IMG/VR virus record: IMGVR_UViG_3300030376_005596
Coordinates: 1 to 26,122 of that record
Strand: one strand, 5' to 3'
Length of the DNA: 26,122 nt
Source of the DNA: a virus
Lineage: Duplodnaviria > Caudoviricetes
Shown: piece by piece, positions 1 through 7,692 of the stretch
How positions within the stretch are numbered: the first letter of the stretch is position 1
How the letters are laid out: the number at the start of each line of letters is the position of its first letter
Translations under genes and position numbers: made by a program
Notes under the pieces: generated by a model
The model's database searches: none
Told to the model about the DNA's origin: nothing
The model's input: only the letters and a program-made list of their open reading frames with translations

Positions 1-1395
1 AGATGTCGCTGCACCTAAAGCACCTGCGCCAATAGCAGTTAAATTTGTTTGGCTAATTGCAGCATCCGCTGCACCACTACCTACGGCAGTTGCGTTTGAT
101 CCTGTGAATACATTCAACGCTTTAGCACCAATAGCTGTGTTTTCATTGACTGCCGCTGCACTTAATGCGGCGTAACCCATTGCTGTATTGCTTTGTGCGT
201 CAACTGTAGATTCGTCAAAAGCAAATGCACCTGCGACAGTATTTTTATCACCTGTTGTAACGGCGGCCGCAGCACTCGTCCCTACCGCTGTGTTACTTGC
301 GCCGTCAGTTACAGCACCTAGTGCATTTTTACCAATAGCAGTTAAGTTAGTCGCAGAAGTTGCGGCATCTGCTGCTTGATAACCCACAGCAGTCGCGTCT
401 GATCCAGTGAAAGCAGTTAATGCGTCTTTACCTACTGCGGTATTAGCGTCACCACAATTTGCTGCTAGTGCGTTTGTTCCAAGTGCTGAGTTATACTGAC
501 CATCATCAGTATTTAATAATGCACTTGCACCAACCCCAACATTTCTATCGCCAGATGTAATGTTAGCACCAGCGTTACGACCAACCATTGTATTATAATC
601 AGCAACGTTGTTGTTTAAATCTGTTAATGCACCATCACCAATCGCAGTATTTCCGACCGCTGTTCCTGCGGACGCGTTAGCATCTAAAGCGTTTTGACCA
701 ACTGCTGTGCTTGCTGGGTCATTATTTGCACCGTGTCCGATGCTTAGTGAAGCAAGTGTTATTGATCCGCTTGGGATACTTACTGCACCATCAGCAGTTA
801 CATTAAACACAGCACCGCTTGCGTTCTCAGCGTAAATTAAACTTTTTGTAGCAGACGATGAATCCATATAAGCGTGAATCGCTTTATTGGTTCCGTAAGC
901 TGTTCCAGTAACTTTTAATGCACCTGCACCTGACTGATCAGACCCCGCTTGTTGAACGTGAACTTGTCCCGCTGATGAAATCGCCATCCGCGTTTGACCA
1001 TTTGTTCCAATCGCGATGCCGTATGCACCGTTCCTAGCTATAACTAAATCATCGTCAGCCGCGCCTGTTAGTAATGCGCCCGCGCTTGATGCTACTCCTA
1101 TGTCAGCGGTTGAATTGCTGTTGTTTAACCGAAGTGCTGGATTAGTTGCATTGCTAATTTCTAATAGCCTAGATGGTGCAGCAACGCCGATACCTAGTCG
1201 CACTGGGTCGCCAGCTGAACCGCCTTCTACAATAAATAGTCCATCAGTGCCACCGTCTGACGGTTGCCACTGCATCATCTCGCCAGCACCATCAGATTTG
1301 ATTACTGGCTCGTTTTCTATATGTGTTCCAGCTGCAATTGTGCGGTCAACATTGACCGTCACACCAGCTCCGCCACCAACTAATGAAGCTCCCAT
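1..1395 (-). CDS. Tail or head fibre/spike with NTAxGxxAL beta-helix repeats (partial, runs off the window start)
   Basis: Not in the ORF track because it has no stop in the window. Manual translation from ATG at 1395 (SD AAGGAG at 1405-1410) is open for 465 codons: MGASLVGGGAGV...RLGIGVAAPSRLLEISNATNPALRL...STAVGQNAL...NTAIGDGAL...NSALGTNAL...NTAVGKDAL. It has a GIGxxxPxxxLEI fibre motif and many 16-18-aa (N/S)TA(V/I)GxxA(L/A) repeats. Confidence 0.85.
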   Translation of the reverse strand, partial: MGASLVGGGAGVTVNVDRTIAAGTHIENEPVIKSDGAGEMMQWQPSDGGTDGLFIVEGGSAGDPVRLGIGVAAPSRLLEISNATNPALRLNNSNSTADIGVASSAGALLTGAADDDLVIARNGAYGIAIGTNGQTRMAISSAGQVHVQQAGSDQSGAGALKVTGTAYGTNKAIHAYMDSSSATKSLIYAENASGAVFNVTADGAVSIPSGSITLASLSIGHGANNDPASTAVGQNALDANASAGTAVGNTAIGDGALTDLNNNVADYNTMVGRNAGANITSGDRNVGVGASALLNTDDGQYNSALGTNALAANCGDANTAVGKDALTAFTGSDATAVGYQAADAATSATNLTAIGKNALGAVTDGASNTAVGTSAAAAVTTGDKNTVAGAFAFDESTVDAQSNTAMGYAALSAAAVNENTAIGAKALNVFTGSNATAVGSGAADAAISQTNLTAIGAGALGAATS

Positions 1396-1408
1396 ATCTG
1401 TTTACTCC

Positions 1409-1789
1409 TTATTTAAACTCAACTACAGTGAAAGAATTTGTGCTAGGGTGAATTGAAATAACTCCAGTATAAGAGTCAATATTCAAAGTACCACCAGTAC
1501 CCGCTAGGCCATTATTATTAGCAATTTCAAAATGGTAATCACTGCCACTAGCTCCAGTGCCTAATTTGACATATAAATCAGCTGTGCCTGTGTTTTGTAT
1601 AAATAAGTTTTTTCTGGCTGTGTCAGCTGTAATTGTAGCTACGTTTGATTTTTTTCCACTTTGAGCTGTAACTGTTTGCCCAGTGGCTCCCATATTTTTT
1701 AATGCGCCTAGAATTTTGTTCTGTACGCGAAGGGGAGAGTCTTGAATGGAGTTTTGTACTCCGTCGGAATAAATAGTCGGATGATTCAT
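1409..1789 (-). CDS. Small virion protein, possibly capsid decoration or fibre adaptor (126 aa)
   Basis: Directly follows the capsid gene; beta-rich C-terminal half (RKNLFIQNTGTADLYVKLG); its TAA stop overlaps the SD of the next gene. Function is inferred from position only. Confidence 0.55.
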   Translation of the reverse strand: MNHPTIYSDGVQNSIQDSPLRVQNKILGALKNMGATGQTVTAQSGKKSNVATITADTARKNLFIQNTGTADLYVKLGTGASGSDYHFEIANNNGLAGTGGTLNIDSYTGVISIHPSTNSFTVVEFK

Positions 1790-1827
1790 AATAAGTGTTT
1801 TCTACTGCTTCAACTTAATTAAAATTT

Positions 1828-1871
1828 AAAAAAAACTGGTGACTCGCTCGCTTATTGGAACGAGCCACCAG
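1828..1871 (-). terminator. Rho-independent terminator after the major capsid gene
   Basis: Minus strand reads CTGGTGGCTCGTTC-CAATAAGC-GAGCGAGTCACCAG-TTTTTTTT: a 14-bp stem (2 G-U pairs) and 8 U, starting 15 nt after the capsid stop. Confidence 0.9.
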
Positions 1872-1886
1872 CTGAATTGTCAGCGA

Positions 1887-3167
1887 TTATGCGCTACAAG
1901 ATGTTACCTCTGTTATAGAGACATCACCAGAGGCAGTCCTGCAAGCTCTCTTAAAGATAAGAGTCATACCGTGATGAGGAAACTCTGGGCGAGGAGCGTG
2001 TTTGAACTCTGCGTAGTGGCGACCAAGTTTATCTAACGGATCTTCACAATCAACGCCAGAAGCTTGAATCTTATTGCCTCCAGTTACCCATTGCCATTCA
2101 CCCATATAGGATGTTGGATTCCAGCTAACTCCTCCAGCTGCGTTTACTGGTGGAACAATTTCCGAAGTAAACACAGCAGGGTTAAGAACGATAGCAGCCT
2201 CATACTCAGCATTGATGTAATCTGGGTTTAATACTGCTTTTTTCCCGCTAGTTGCACTACTCATTACATAAGTAGGTATGCGAGTGTATTTGTTTCCAAT
2301 TTCAGTCCAGCTGTAACGAGGAGGACGAATAGTCGGAACGTGGCGGAAGTTCTTAATCTGGCGACTAGCACCCATACGACTCATAAGTTCAGCTCCAGCT
2401 CCAGCTCCATTGTCAGCTGATCGGAAGTCAGCTCGTAGATCAGCATTGTTTATTGCGATCTGCTGGCTAGCTTCTAAACCAATTAATAGCGGGAATGTAG
2501 GTCCGTCTTCTCCGTAAGTAATAAAACCATTACTGTCTGGATTGGTAGCACCACGATCAATTAGCTCAACAGCAACTTGGTCTAGTAGTTGTTGTGTAAG
2601 AGTGGAGTCTGAAGCTCCTGCTCCTCCGTTTGAACCAAAATCTACAGCATCAACAAAATTAGCATCTTCGCTAAAATCAATGAAACCTTGACCATTTCCT
2701 ACAGAAAGCTTTGAAGAAAACTTCATATAAAGTTCTTCATAGCGTTTTTCCCAGCTTCGTTGCGCTCTCTTAGTCATTTCTTCAATGTAAGCACGAAGAA
2801 ATGTGTCTACGTTATGATCGTAAATAAGGTCGTCTTTACAGAGAACAGGGCCACGAAGAGCAAATTCTTCTGGGGTGTAAGTGCGGCTAGTATAACCAAC
2901 TTCAACATCTGTGTAACTACTAGCACAAGATCCACCAGCACCCGAAGCTACATCACTGTTAGTAATTGAAGCCCAAGTTTCTGTGTCGTCTGTTGGCTCA
3001 CTGTTTTCTATTGAAAAAGTGGTTTTAGTAGTTCCTTCACCAGTTACGAATGTTCCGCGAGGAATAGCGTTAAGCCACACGGAACGGTAAGAAGCATTAC
3101 GATAAACTTCATCAGATAAATTTTCTGTAGCAATCGCAAAAGCATCAAATACATTTGAACAAGCCAT
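1887..3167 (-). CDS. Major capsid protein (426 aa)
   Basis: Canonical position after portal and scaffold, suitable size, purine-rich AAGAAAGGA upstream, strong terminator downstream. HK97 fold is inferred, not computed. Confidence 0.8.
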   Translation of the reverse strand: MACSNVFDAFAIATENLSDEVYRNASYRSVWLNAIPRGTFVTGEGTTKTTFSIENSEPTDDTETWASITNSDVASGAGGSCASSYTDVEVGYTSRTYTPEEFALRGPVLCKDDLIYDHNVDTFLRAYIEEMTKRAQRSWEKRYEELYMKFSSKLSVGNGQGFIDFSEDANFVDAVDFGSNGGAGASDSTLTQQLLDQVAVELIDRGATNPDSNGFITYGEDGPTFPLLIGLEASQQIAINNADLRADFRSADNGAGAGAELMSRMGASRQIKNFRHVPTIRPPRYSWTEIGNKYTRIPTYVMSSATSGKKAVLNPDYINAEYEAAIVLNPAVFTSEIVPPVNAAGGVSWNPTSYMGEWQWVTGGNKIQASGVDCEDPLDKLGRHYAEFKHAPRPEFPHHGMTLIFKRACRTASGDVSITEVTSCSA

Positions 3168-3189
3168 AATATTTTATATATCCTTTCTT

Positions 3190-3345
3190 AAAAAAAAATT
3201 ACAATTTAAGCGTATTACTAGCTCTTCACTCGAAGAGAAGCACATACGCAACTTATTCGGTAGGCCAATCCCGATATGGCCAAATGCGATTGCCAATCGC
3301 TATAGGGCAAGTGAGTTTAGTTTATGCGCCTAACTCAAAGCGCAA
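3190..3345 (-). ncRNA. Putative structured 5' leader of the capsid mRNA
   Basis: Non-coding region with consecutive stems on the minus strand: TGCGCTT/AGGCGCA, TTGCC/GGCAA, GGCCA/TGGCC, and GCGTAT/ATACGC enclosing CTCTTC-GAGT-GAAGAG; also a duplicated 17-mer. See findings. Confidence 0.45.
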
Positions 3346-3389
3346 TTCTCTTTTGGTAACTTTTAAGCAAACCGTCAAACAGTTTGTTT

Positions 3390-3420
3390 AAAAAAAAATA
3401 ACGGCAGCTGGTCTGCCCGT
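3390..3420 (-). terminator. Terminator-like hairpin downstream of the scaffold gene
   Basis: Minus strand ACGG(G)CAG-ACCAG-CTGCCGT-TA-TTTTTTTTT: 7-bp stem with one bulge, followed by 9 U. Confidence 0.6.
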
Positions 3421-3506
3421 AGGAGCGTCCAGCCAGAGGTGCAACTAACGATGACGGTCGAGACAACAGGAAAACGCCACCGCCTACGGCCCCATAGCCG
3501 TTAATA

Positions 3507-4622
3507 TTATCTTGCACCTCTGATGCCTAAATCTCTCAGTTCCCCAAGAACCGTGTCGCTAAATGAGCTGTTTTTAATTGGGGCTGGCTTGGCTGTTCCA
3601 GTGCCAGCTGCGTCAGGTTCGGCTCCTTTGAGCTGGTTTATTTCAGCTTGAAGTCTTCTGTTATGCTCAACAAGCCCAGCGTTTTGCTCGACTAAAGCTC
3701 CTCCGCTAGCCGCCCAAAGAGCAGCTGTAGCTGCGTCTTCAAAAGAATTTTGCTCCATTAAAATCTTTTGAGCTAAATTAATTCTTTCTTGAACACCACT
3801 GTTCCACTCCTCGTCGCCTTCTCTCATTTGATAAATAGGAATGTTATCTTGAGCCTCATTTAGCATTGTTTTAAAGGATTTTTCTAAAGCTTTATTTCTT
3901 TCTGCTGATTTGCTGTCAGAAATAAGCTGCTCCTCTTCAACCATTTTATCATAACTAGTTTTAGAGTCTTCAAGTTGCTTATCTCTGTCATAAGATATTT
4001 CATCAATCCTGTTAACAACGCTTTGCAAATAAGCTTGCCTAGATGCCGGAAGATCCCCTGTTAATTCGTCTAAAGCATTTGTTCTAGCTTCACTTATAGG
4101 CATTTTAAGTATTTTAGAAAGCTGCGAGCGATCTTCTTCAGGCACATAAGCTTGCGCTCTTTCAACTTGAGCTTCTATTGGTTTAGTAAACTGTTCCCTA
4201 AACTTAGGGTGTTTTTCTAAATTAGAAACACTTAAAACCTTACTCATTTCATCATATTCAGCTTTAAGTTTTTCATATTTATCATTAGCCGAAGTTGATT
4301 CTTCTAGCTCAGAAACTTTAGATGTAAGCTGGTCAATGCGGGCTTTTGCTTCATCTCTTTCCTGTTTTATAAGTTTAAAATCCTTTGAACTTCTGGATTC
4401 TTTAGCTTCTTCCGTTGTTTCAGCTGCCACCTCAACAGGAGCTTCAGCTGGAACTTCAGCTGGAACTTCAGCTGGAACTTCAGCCGCAGGAGCTGGATCG
4501 TTTGACATTGCTGCTTTAAAAGCGTCAGCCATACTTGATATGCTATCGTTTGTTTCCGGTCTTAGGCTTGGATTGCCTTTTACCGCCGCTGGATTGGATT
4601 CTACTGTTGTTTCTTCACTCAT
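3507..4622 (-). CDS. Capsid scaffolding protein (371 aa)
   Basis: Lies between portal and capsid; acidic Pro/Ala/Glu-rich N-terminus, long heptad-like helical stretches, short basic C-terminus (LRDLGIRGAR). Confidence 0.7.
   Translation of the reverse strand: MSEETTVESNPAAVKGNPSLRPETNDSISSMADAFKAAMSNDPAPAAEVPAEVPAEVPAEAPVEVAAETTEEAKESRSSKDFKLIKQERDEAKARIDQLTSKVSELEESTSANDKYEKLKAEYDEMSKVLSVSNLEKHPKFREQFTKPIEAQVERAQAYVPEEDRSQLSKILKMPISEARTNALDELTGDLPASRQAYLQSVVNRIDEISYDRDKQLEDSKTSYDKMVEEEQLISDSKSAERNKALEKSFKTMLNEAQDNIPIYQMREGDEEWNSGVQERINLAQKILMEQNSFEDAATAALWAASGGALVEQNAGLVEHNRRLQAEINQLKGAEPDAAGTGTAKPAPIKNSSFSDTVLGELRDLGIRGAR
4442..4484. repeat. 12-bp in-frame tandem repeat (CTTCAGCTGGAA, about 3.5 copies) encoding AEVP repeats in the scaffold
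   Basis: Exact copies at 4442, 4454 and 4466, partial copy at 4478. Confidence 0.95.
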
Positions 4623-4896
4623 TGTTATTTGAACTAAATGTTGCTTCTGGTTCTTTTGGTAGCTCTGGGGTTGTTTCTCCCATTGCTTTCAAAATCTTTA
4701 AGGCAAACTCATATCCTTTTTGCATCCCGTGTGCATAAGCAAAATCAGTTGCACTAGCCCCAAATGCAAGCGGAACTCGCACAAGTGGCATTTCTTCACG
4801 CATAACTTCCATCATTTCCTTAAATGTTTTTTTGTTCATTAAGGAACGCGCTTGATCCACAGCCGTGGCTGTGCCTGTCCATTCTTGAAGGTTCAT
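4615..4896 (-). CDS. Small hypothetical protein between portal and scaffold (93 aa)
   Basis: Fills the gap, overlaps the scaffold start by 8 nt; helical, with AYAHGMQKGY motif; small genes at this position are common in podovirus head operons. Confidence 0.7.
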   Translation of the reverse strand: MNLQEWTGTATAVDQARSLMNKKTFKEMMEVMREEMPLVRVPLAFGASATDFAYAHGMQKGYEFALKILKAMGETTPELPKEPEATFSSNNNE

Positions 4897-4906
4897 ATGT
4901 TGTCTT

Positions 4907-7108
4907 TTACAAACTAGATGCAGCTTTAGCGTCAGCCAAAGCCATTTCCTGTTGCATCTTTAAATTATTTCGTTCTATTTCAGCTTGAAGTGCAGCATCT
5001 TTTCTAGCCTCGTCTCTTTCCATTGCTGACATTTTTATTTGTTCGTCAGCTGAAGGCCCAGCTTGAGCTTGCATTGCGGCTTCTTGTTGTTGTTGTTGCT
5101 CTTGCTCCATTTGCTGTGCTAATTGATTAGCAACTTCATTAGCAAAACCAGACAATTCTTTTAACTGATCTCCTAACATTTTAACTTCCTGCTTCCTTCC
5201 TTCATCAGCTGAAAGTTGAGCTAAATGCTCTTCAATATGCGGAATTAATATTCTAAAAAAGTCTACAACCGCAGCTGGATTTCCGCCCTGTTGAACAGCT
5301 TGAGCAGCTTCGCTGCCTTTAGAAAGATGAGTTTGAATATGCAAAACGTGATTCTGAGAATCCGTTATAATAACTGGATTGCCTGTTTGCATTACTGCAT
5401 TTTCAATATTAGCTTCAGCGATTTGGTCTTTTGCGTACACATCTTGCTCTGGCTCAACCATATAGCGACCTACTTGCTGTTGCCCAGCAAGAGCTGCAAT
5501 ATAATCTCGCAACAAAGCACTTCGCCCAGACTCAGGCAATTGACCACTAATCTGCATTAACCCAGTAATAGTTTGCAATCTAAGGAAAGCAGAGCCTTGC
5601 CCGTAGTTTCTGGAAGCTTGAACGTAATCTAAATTTTTTAAAGCTTCAGCTGGAACACCTCTTTCTTTTACACGTTTTTGAAATTCAATAGCATCAAGAT
5701 CAACTACATCTGAGTCAGCTGCTCGACGATAGCGTTCTTGAAAAAATCTATCTAATTGCTGGTAATACCTAGCAATTTGAGTTTTTCCAAGCACACTGGC
5801 TTGCTGAACAATTGCTTGTATTTCAGTAGCTGTTTTTGGATTGCCCTGTGGTTTGTCGAGTCGCTGCCTATATTGTGAAAGATTAGACTGCATTACGTTT
5901 TCCAGCTCTCGATCTACCGCCATAGGAGCATCTGCGATACCACTAAATTGTCTTTGAACAACCCTATATCCGCTAGGAAGTATTGAATACGGACCCATTT
6001 GAACAACACTAGCTTTTTGCATTGCTTCTGGGGTTTCAGCTTGTAACTGCATTGAACTAGCTGTAGCCGCTACATCAATCATATGGCATTTCTGCCTGTT
6101 TTTTAACTCAATAACTGGATACATTTTAACACCTAAACCTTTAACGCTGTGGTGTTGTCCGTCTCCCTTATCATAATACATTGGGTGTAAGACCTCTTCC
6201 CAGCTGTCGTATTTCCCAATATGTTTATATAAAAAGTTATTTCCGTCTTCTTCTCTAACTATATAACAACTAATTTTTCCCTTTAATTCGTTGTTTTTTG
6301 GGTATTCCCGCACATAAACGTGAGCGCAATTAATTAAACTGCATTGAGCTGAATAGTGAAGATCATTGTTTCTAATTTTTTGTTGATGCCATTCCCAACT
6401 GCCCTGCCTACGATATTCCTCTGGGCCTGAATTAATAATTGATTTTCTAGTAGCGTCAACATCCCAACCTACTGATGTAGCTGCTTTTGGGTCACGAATA
6501 TAACCGTAAAGTTCGTGAGCTTGGTATCTTCTTCTTACAACCGCAACCTCCCAATCACTAGGATTACTGCGCGTGTTTTCTGGTATAAGTAAATCCCCAG
6601 ACTTAATTGCCCTAGCTCTCCAGCTAGTTGGGCTTTCAAATGTTAAAGGCCCAGACCCAAACAGCACCATTTCGTGCTGAGAAAGCTGCATTGTGTAATC
6701 AAATTCTTCATCCTTCTTCTGTAAGCGATCAAATTCTTCTGTAATTATCCTAGAATAAGCAACTTTTTCAGCATCATTATTGCCAACATTTGTTTTTACA
6801 GTAGCGTAAGTAGGTGTTTCAGAAAAAATATCATAAAAAGCTGTAAGAGCTATTGAGAAAAAAGCTTCAGCTTCTCTAAAATTTACATTTGTCCTATAAG
6901 ATTGGCCTGTTCTTTTAAGCTGTGCAGGGCTGTAAGGCGGGTTTCCGTCTACTATTCCTTTTACTTTTGCTCTTACTCTTGCTCTTTCCTCGTCAGCGCG
7001 AGTAAGCATTTTAACTAAATCAACTACGGCATCAGCAGATGATAACCGTGACTCAGGCGGCGAACCTGCATCGTCTATATTTTCAAGTGGCAGCGTGTTG
7101 CTGTTCAT
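4907..7108 (-). CDS. Portal (head-tail connector) protein (about 733 aa)
   Basis: Downstream of terminase; size and motifs (LFGSG, PKTATEI, Gln-rich C-terminal coiled coil) fit podovirus/P22-type portals. Start moved from 7120 to the ATG at 7108, which forms an ATGA overlap with the upstream stop. Confidence 0.8.
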   Translation of the reverse strand: MNSNTLPLENIDDAGSPPESRLSSADAVVDLVKMLTRADEERARVRAKVKGIVDGNPPYSPAQLKRTGQSYRTNVNFREAEAFFSIALTAFYDIFSETPTYATVKTNVGNNDAEKVAYSRIITEEFDRLQKKDEEFDYTMQLSQHEMVLFGSGPLTFESPTSWRARAIKSGDLLIPENTRSNPSDWEVAVVRRRYQAHELYGYIRDPKAATSVGWDVDATRKSIINSGPEEYRRQGSWEWHQQKIRNNDLHYSAQCSLINCAHVYVREYPKNNELKGKISCYIVREEDGNNFLYKHIGKYDSWEEVLHPMYYDKGDGQHHSVKGLGVKMYPVIELKNRQKCHMIDVAATASSMQLQAETPEAMQKASVVQMGPYSILPSGYRVVQRQFSGIADAPMAVDRELENVMQSNLSQYRQRLDKPQGNPKTATEIQAIVQQASVLGKTQIARYYQQLDRFFQERYRRAADSDVVDLDAIEFQKRVKERGVPAEALKNLDYVQASRNYGQGSAFLRLQTITGLMQISGQLPESGRSALLRDYIAALAGQQQVGRYMVEPEQDVYAKDQIAEANIENAVMQTGNPVIITDSQNHVLHIQTHLSKGSEAAQAVQQGGNPAAVVDFFRILIPHIEEHLAQLSADEGRKQEVKMLGDQLKELSGFANEVANQLAQQMEQEQQQQQEAAMQAQAGPSADEQIKMSAMERDEARKDAALQAEIERNNLKMQQEMALADAKAASSL

Positions 7109-7692
7109 ATCTTTTTCCAACAGTGCGCCGGAAGCGCGGCGTTCTCTTCCTTAGAGATTGTTTTTCGTAGCGCATCTAGTGGTATCCAGACTTGGGCTGC
7201 ATTAAAACAGCCGCAATGCTTGCACGATTTTAAAGAGCTGTCATACGGAGTTTCTTTGTTTCCTACAATAAAACTTACAGCTTTTTTTATTATACCTTTT
7301 TTACAACTACTACACCCAACAGGATTAATATTGTCTTCACACATTAAACAAATAGATGCACGTTGATCTGCTTCAGCTTGTCCACACCTTTTTAAACCAG
7401 CTGAAACCAGTGTTTTTGTAAAACGCAAAGCGTCATTAAAGCTAATGTTTTTCTTAATATTAGCTGGTTTAGTTTCTGAATCTTTACAAAGTTCTGGCCT
7501 TTCTTCACAAAAAGAAGTTTCAATATGTTCTTGTATGTTAAAAGGAACAGGAAGGTTATTTGCCTTTCTGTGTTCAATTACATATGTAAAAAGTTGATTA
7601 AGACTGTTTGCTTGAATTGTATGTCCAGTTTCTTTTTGCGTATAACTATAACCCTTCGGCGGAACAGTGCTTTTATCTTTTAAAGTCTTCAT
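7105..7692 (-). CDS. Cys-rich putative zinc-binding protein (195 aa)
   Basis: Motifs C-x6-C, CLMC, CSSC, CKHCGC and terminal HCW; ATGA overlaps with both terminase and portal. Confidence 0.75.
   Translation of the reverse strand: MKTLKDKSTVPPKGYSYTQKETGHTIQANSLNQLFTYVIEHRKANNLPVPFNIQEHIETSFCEERPELCKDSETKPANIKKNISFNDALRFTKTLVSAGLKRCGQAEADQRASICLMCEDNINPVGCSSCKKGIIKKAVSFIVGNKETPYDSSLKSCKHCGCFNAAQVWIPLDALRKTISKEENAALPAHCWKKI

Noticed and set aside
188-1456. Plus-strand ORFs 188-379 and 1016-1456
   Set aside because: Antisense shadows of the minus-strand fibre gene.
1872-1900. T7 gene 10-style frameshift extension of the capsid protein
   Set aside because: No slippery heptamer near the stop codon, and a strong terminator follows at once.
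3168-3506. tRNA or known riboswitch
   Set aside because: No cloverleaf with T-loop GTTC or CCA end, and no aptamer consensus that I recognise; kept as an unknown structured RNA.
3335-3517. 60-aa minus-strand ORF
   Set aside because: It crosses a terminator-like hairpin and U-tract and has no protein-like features; the region is better explained as structured RNA, although a leader peptide is not excluded.
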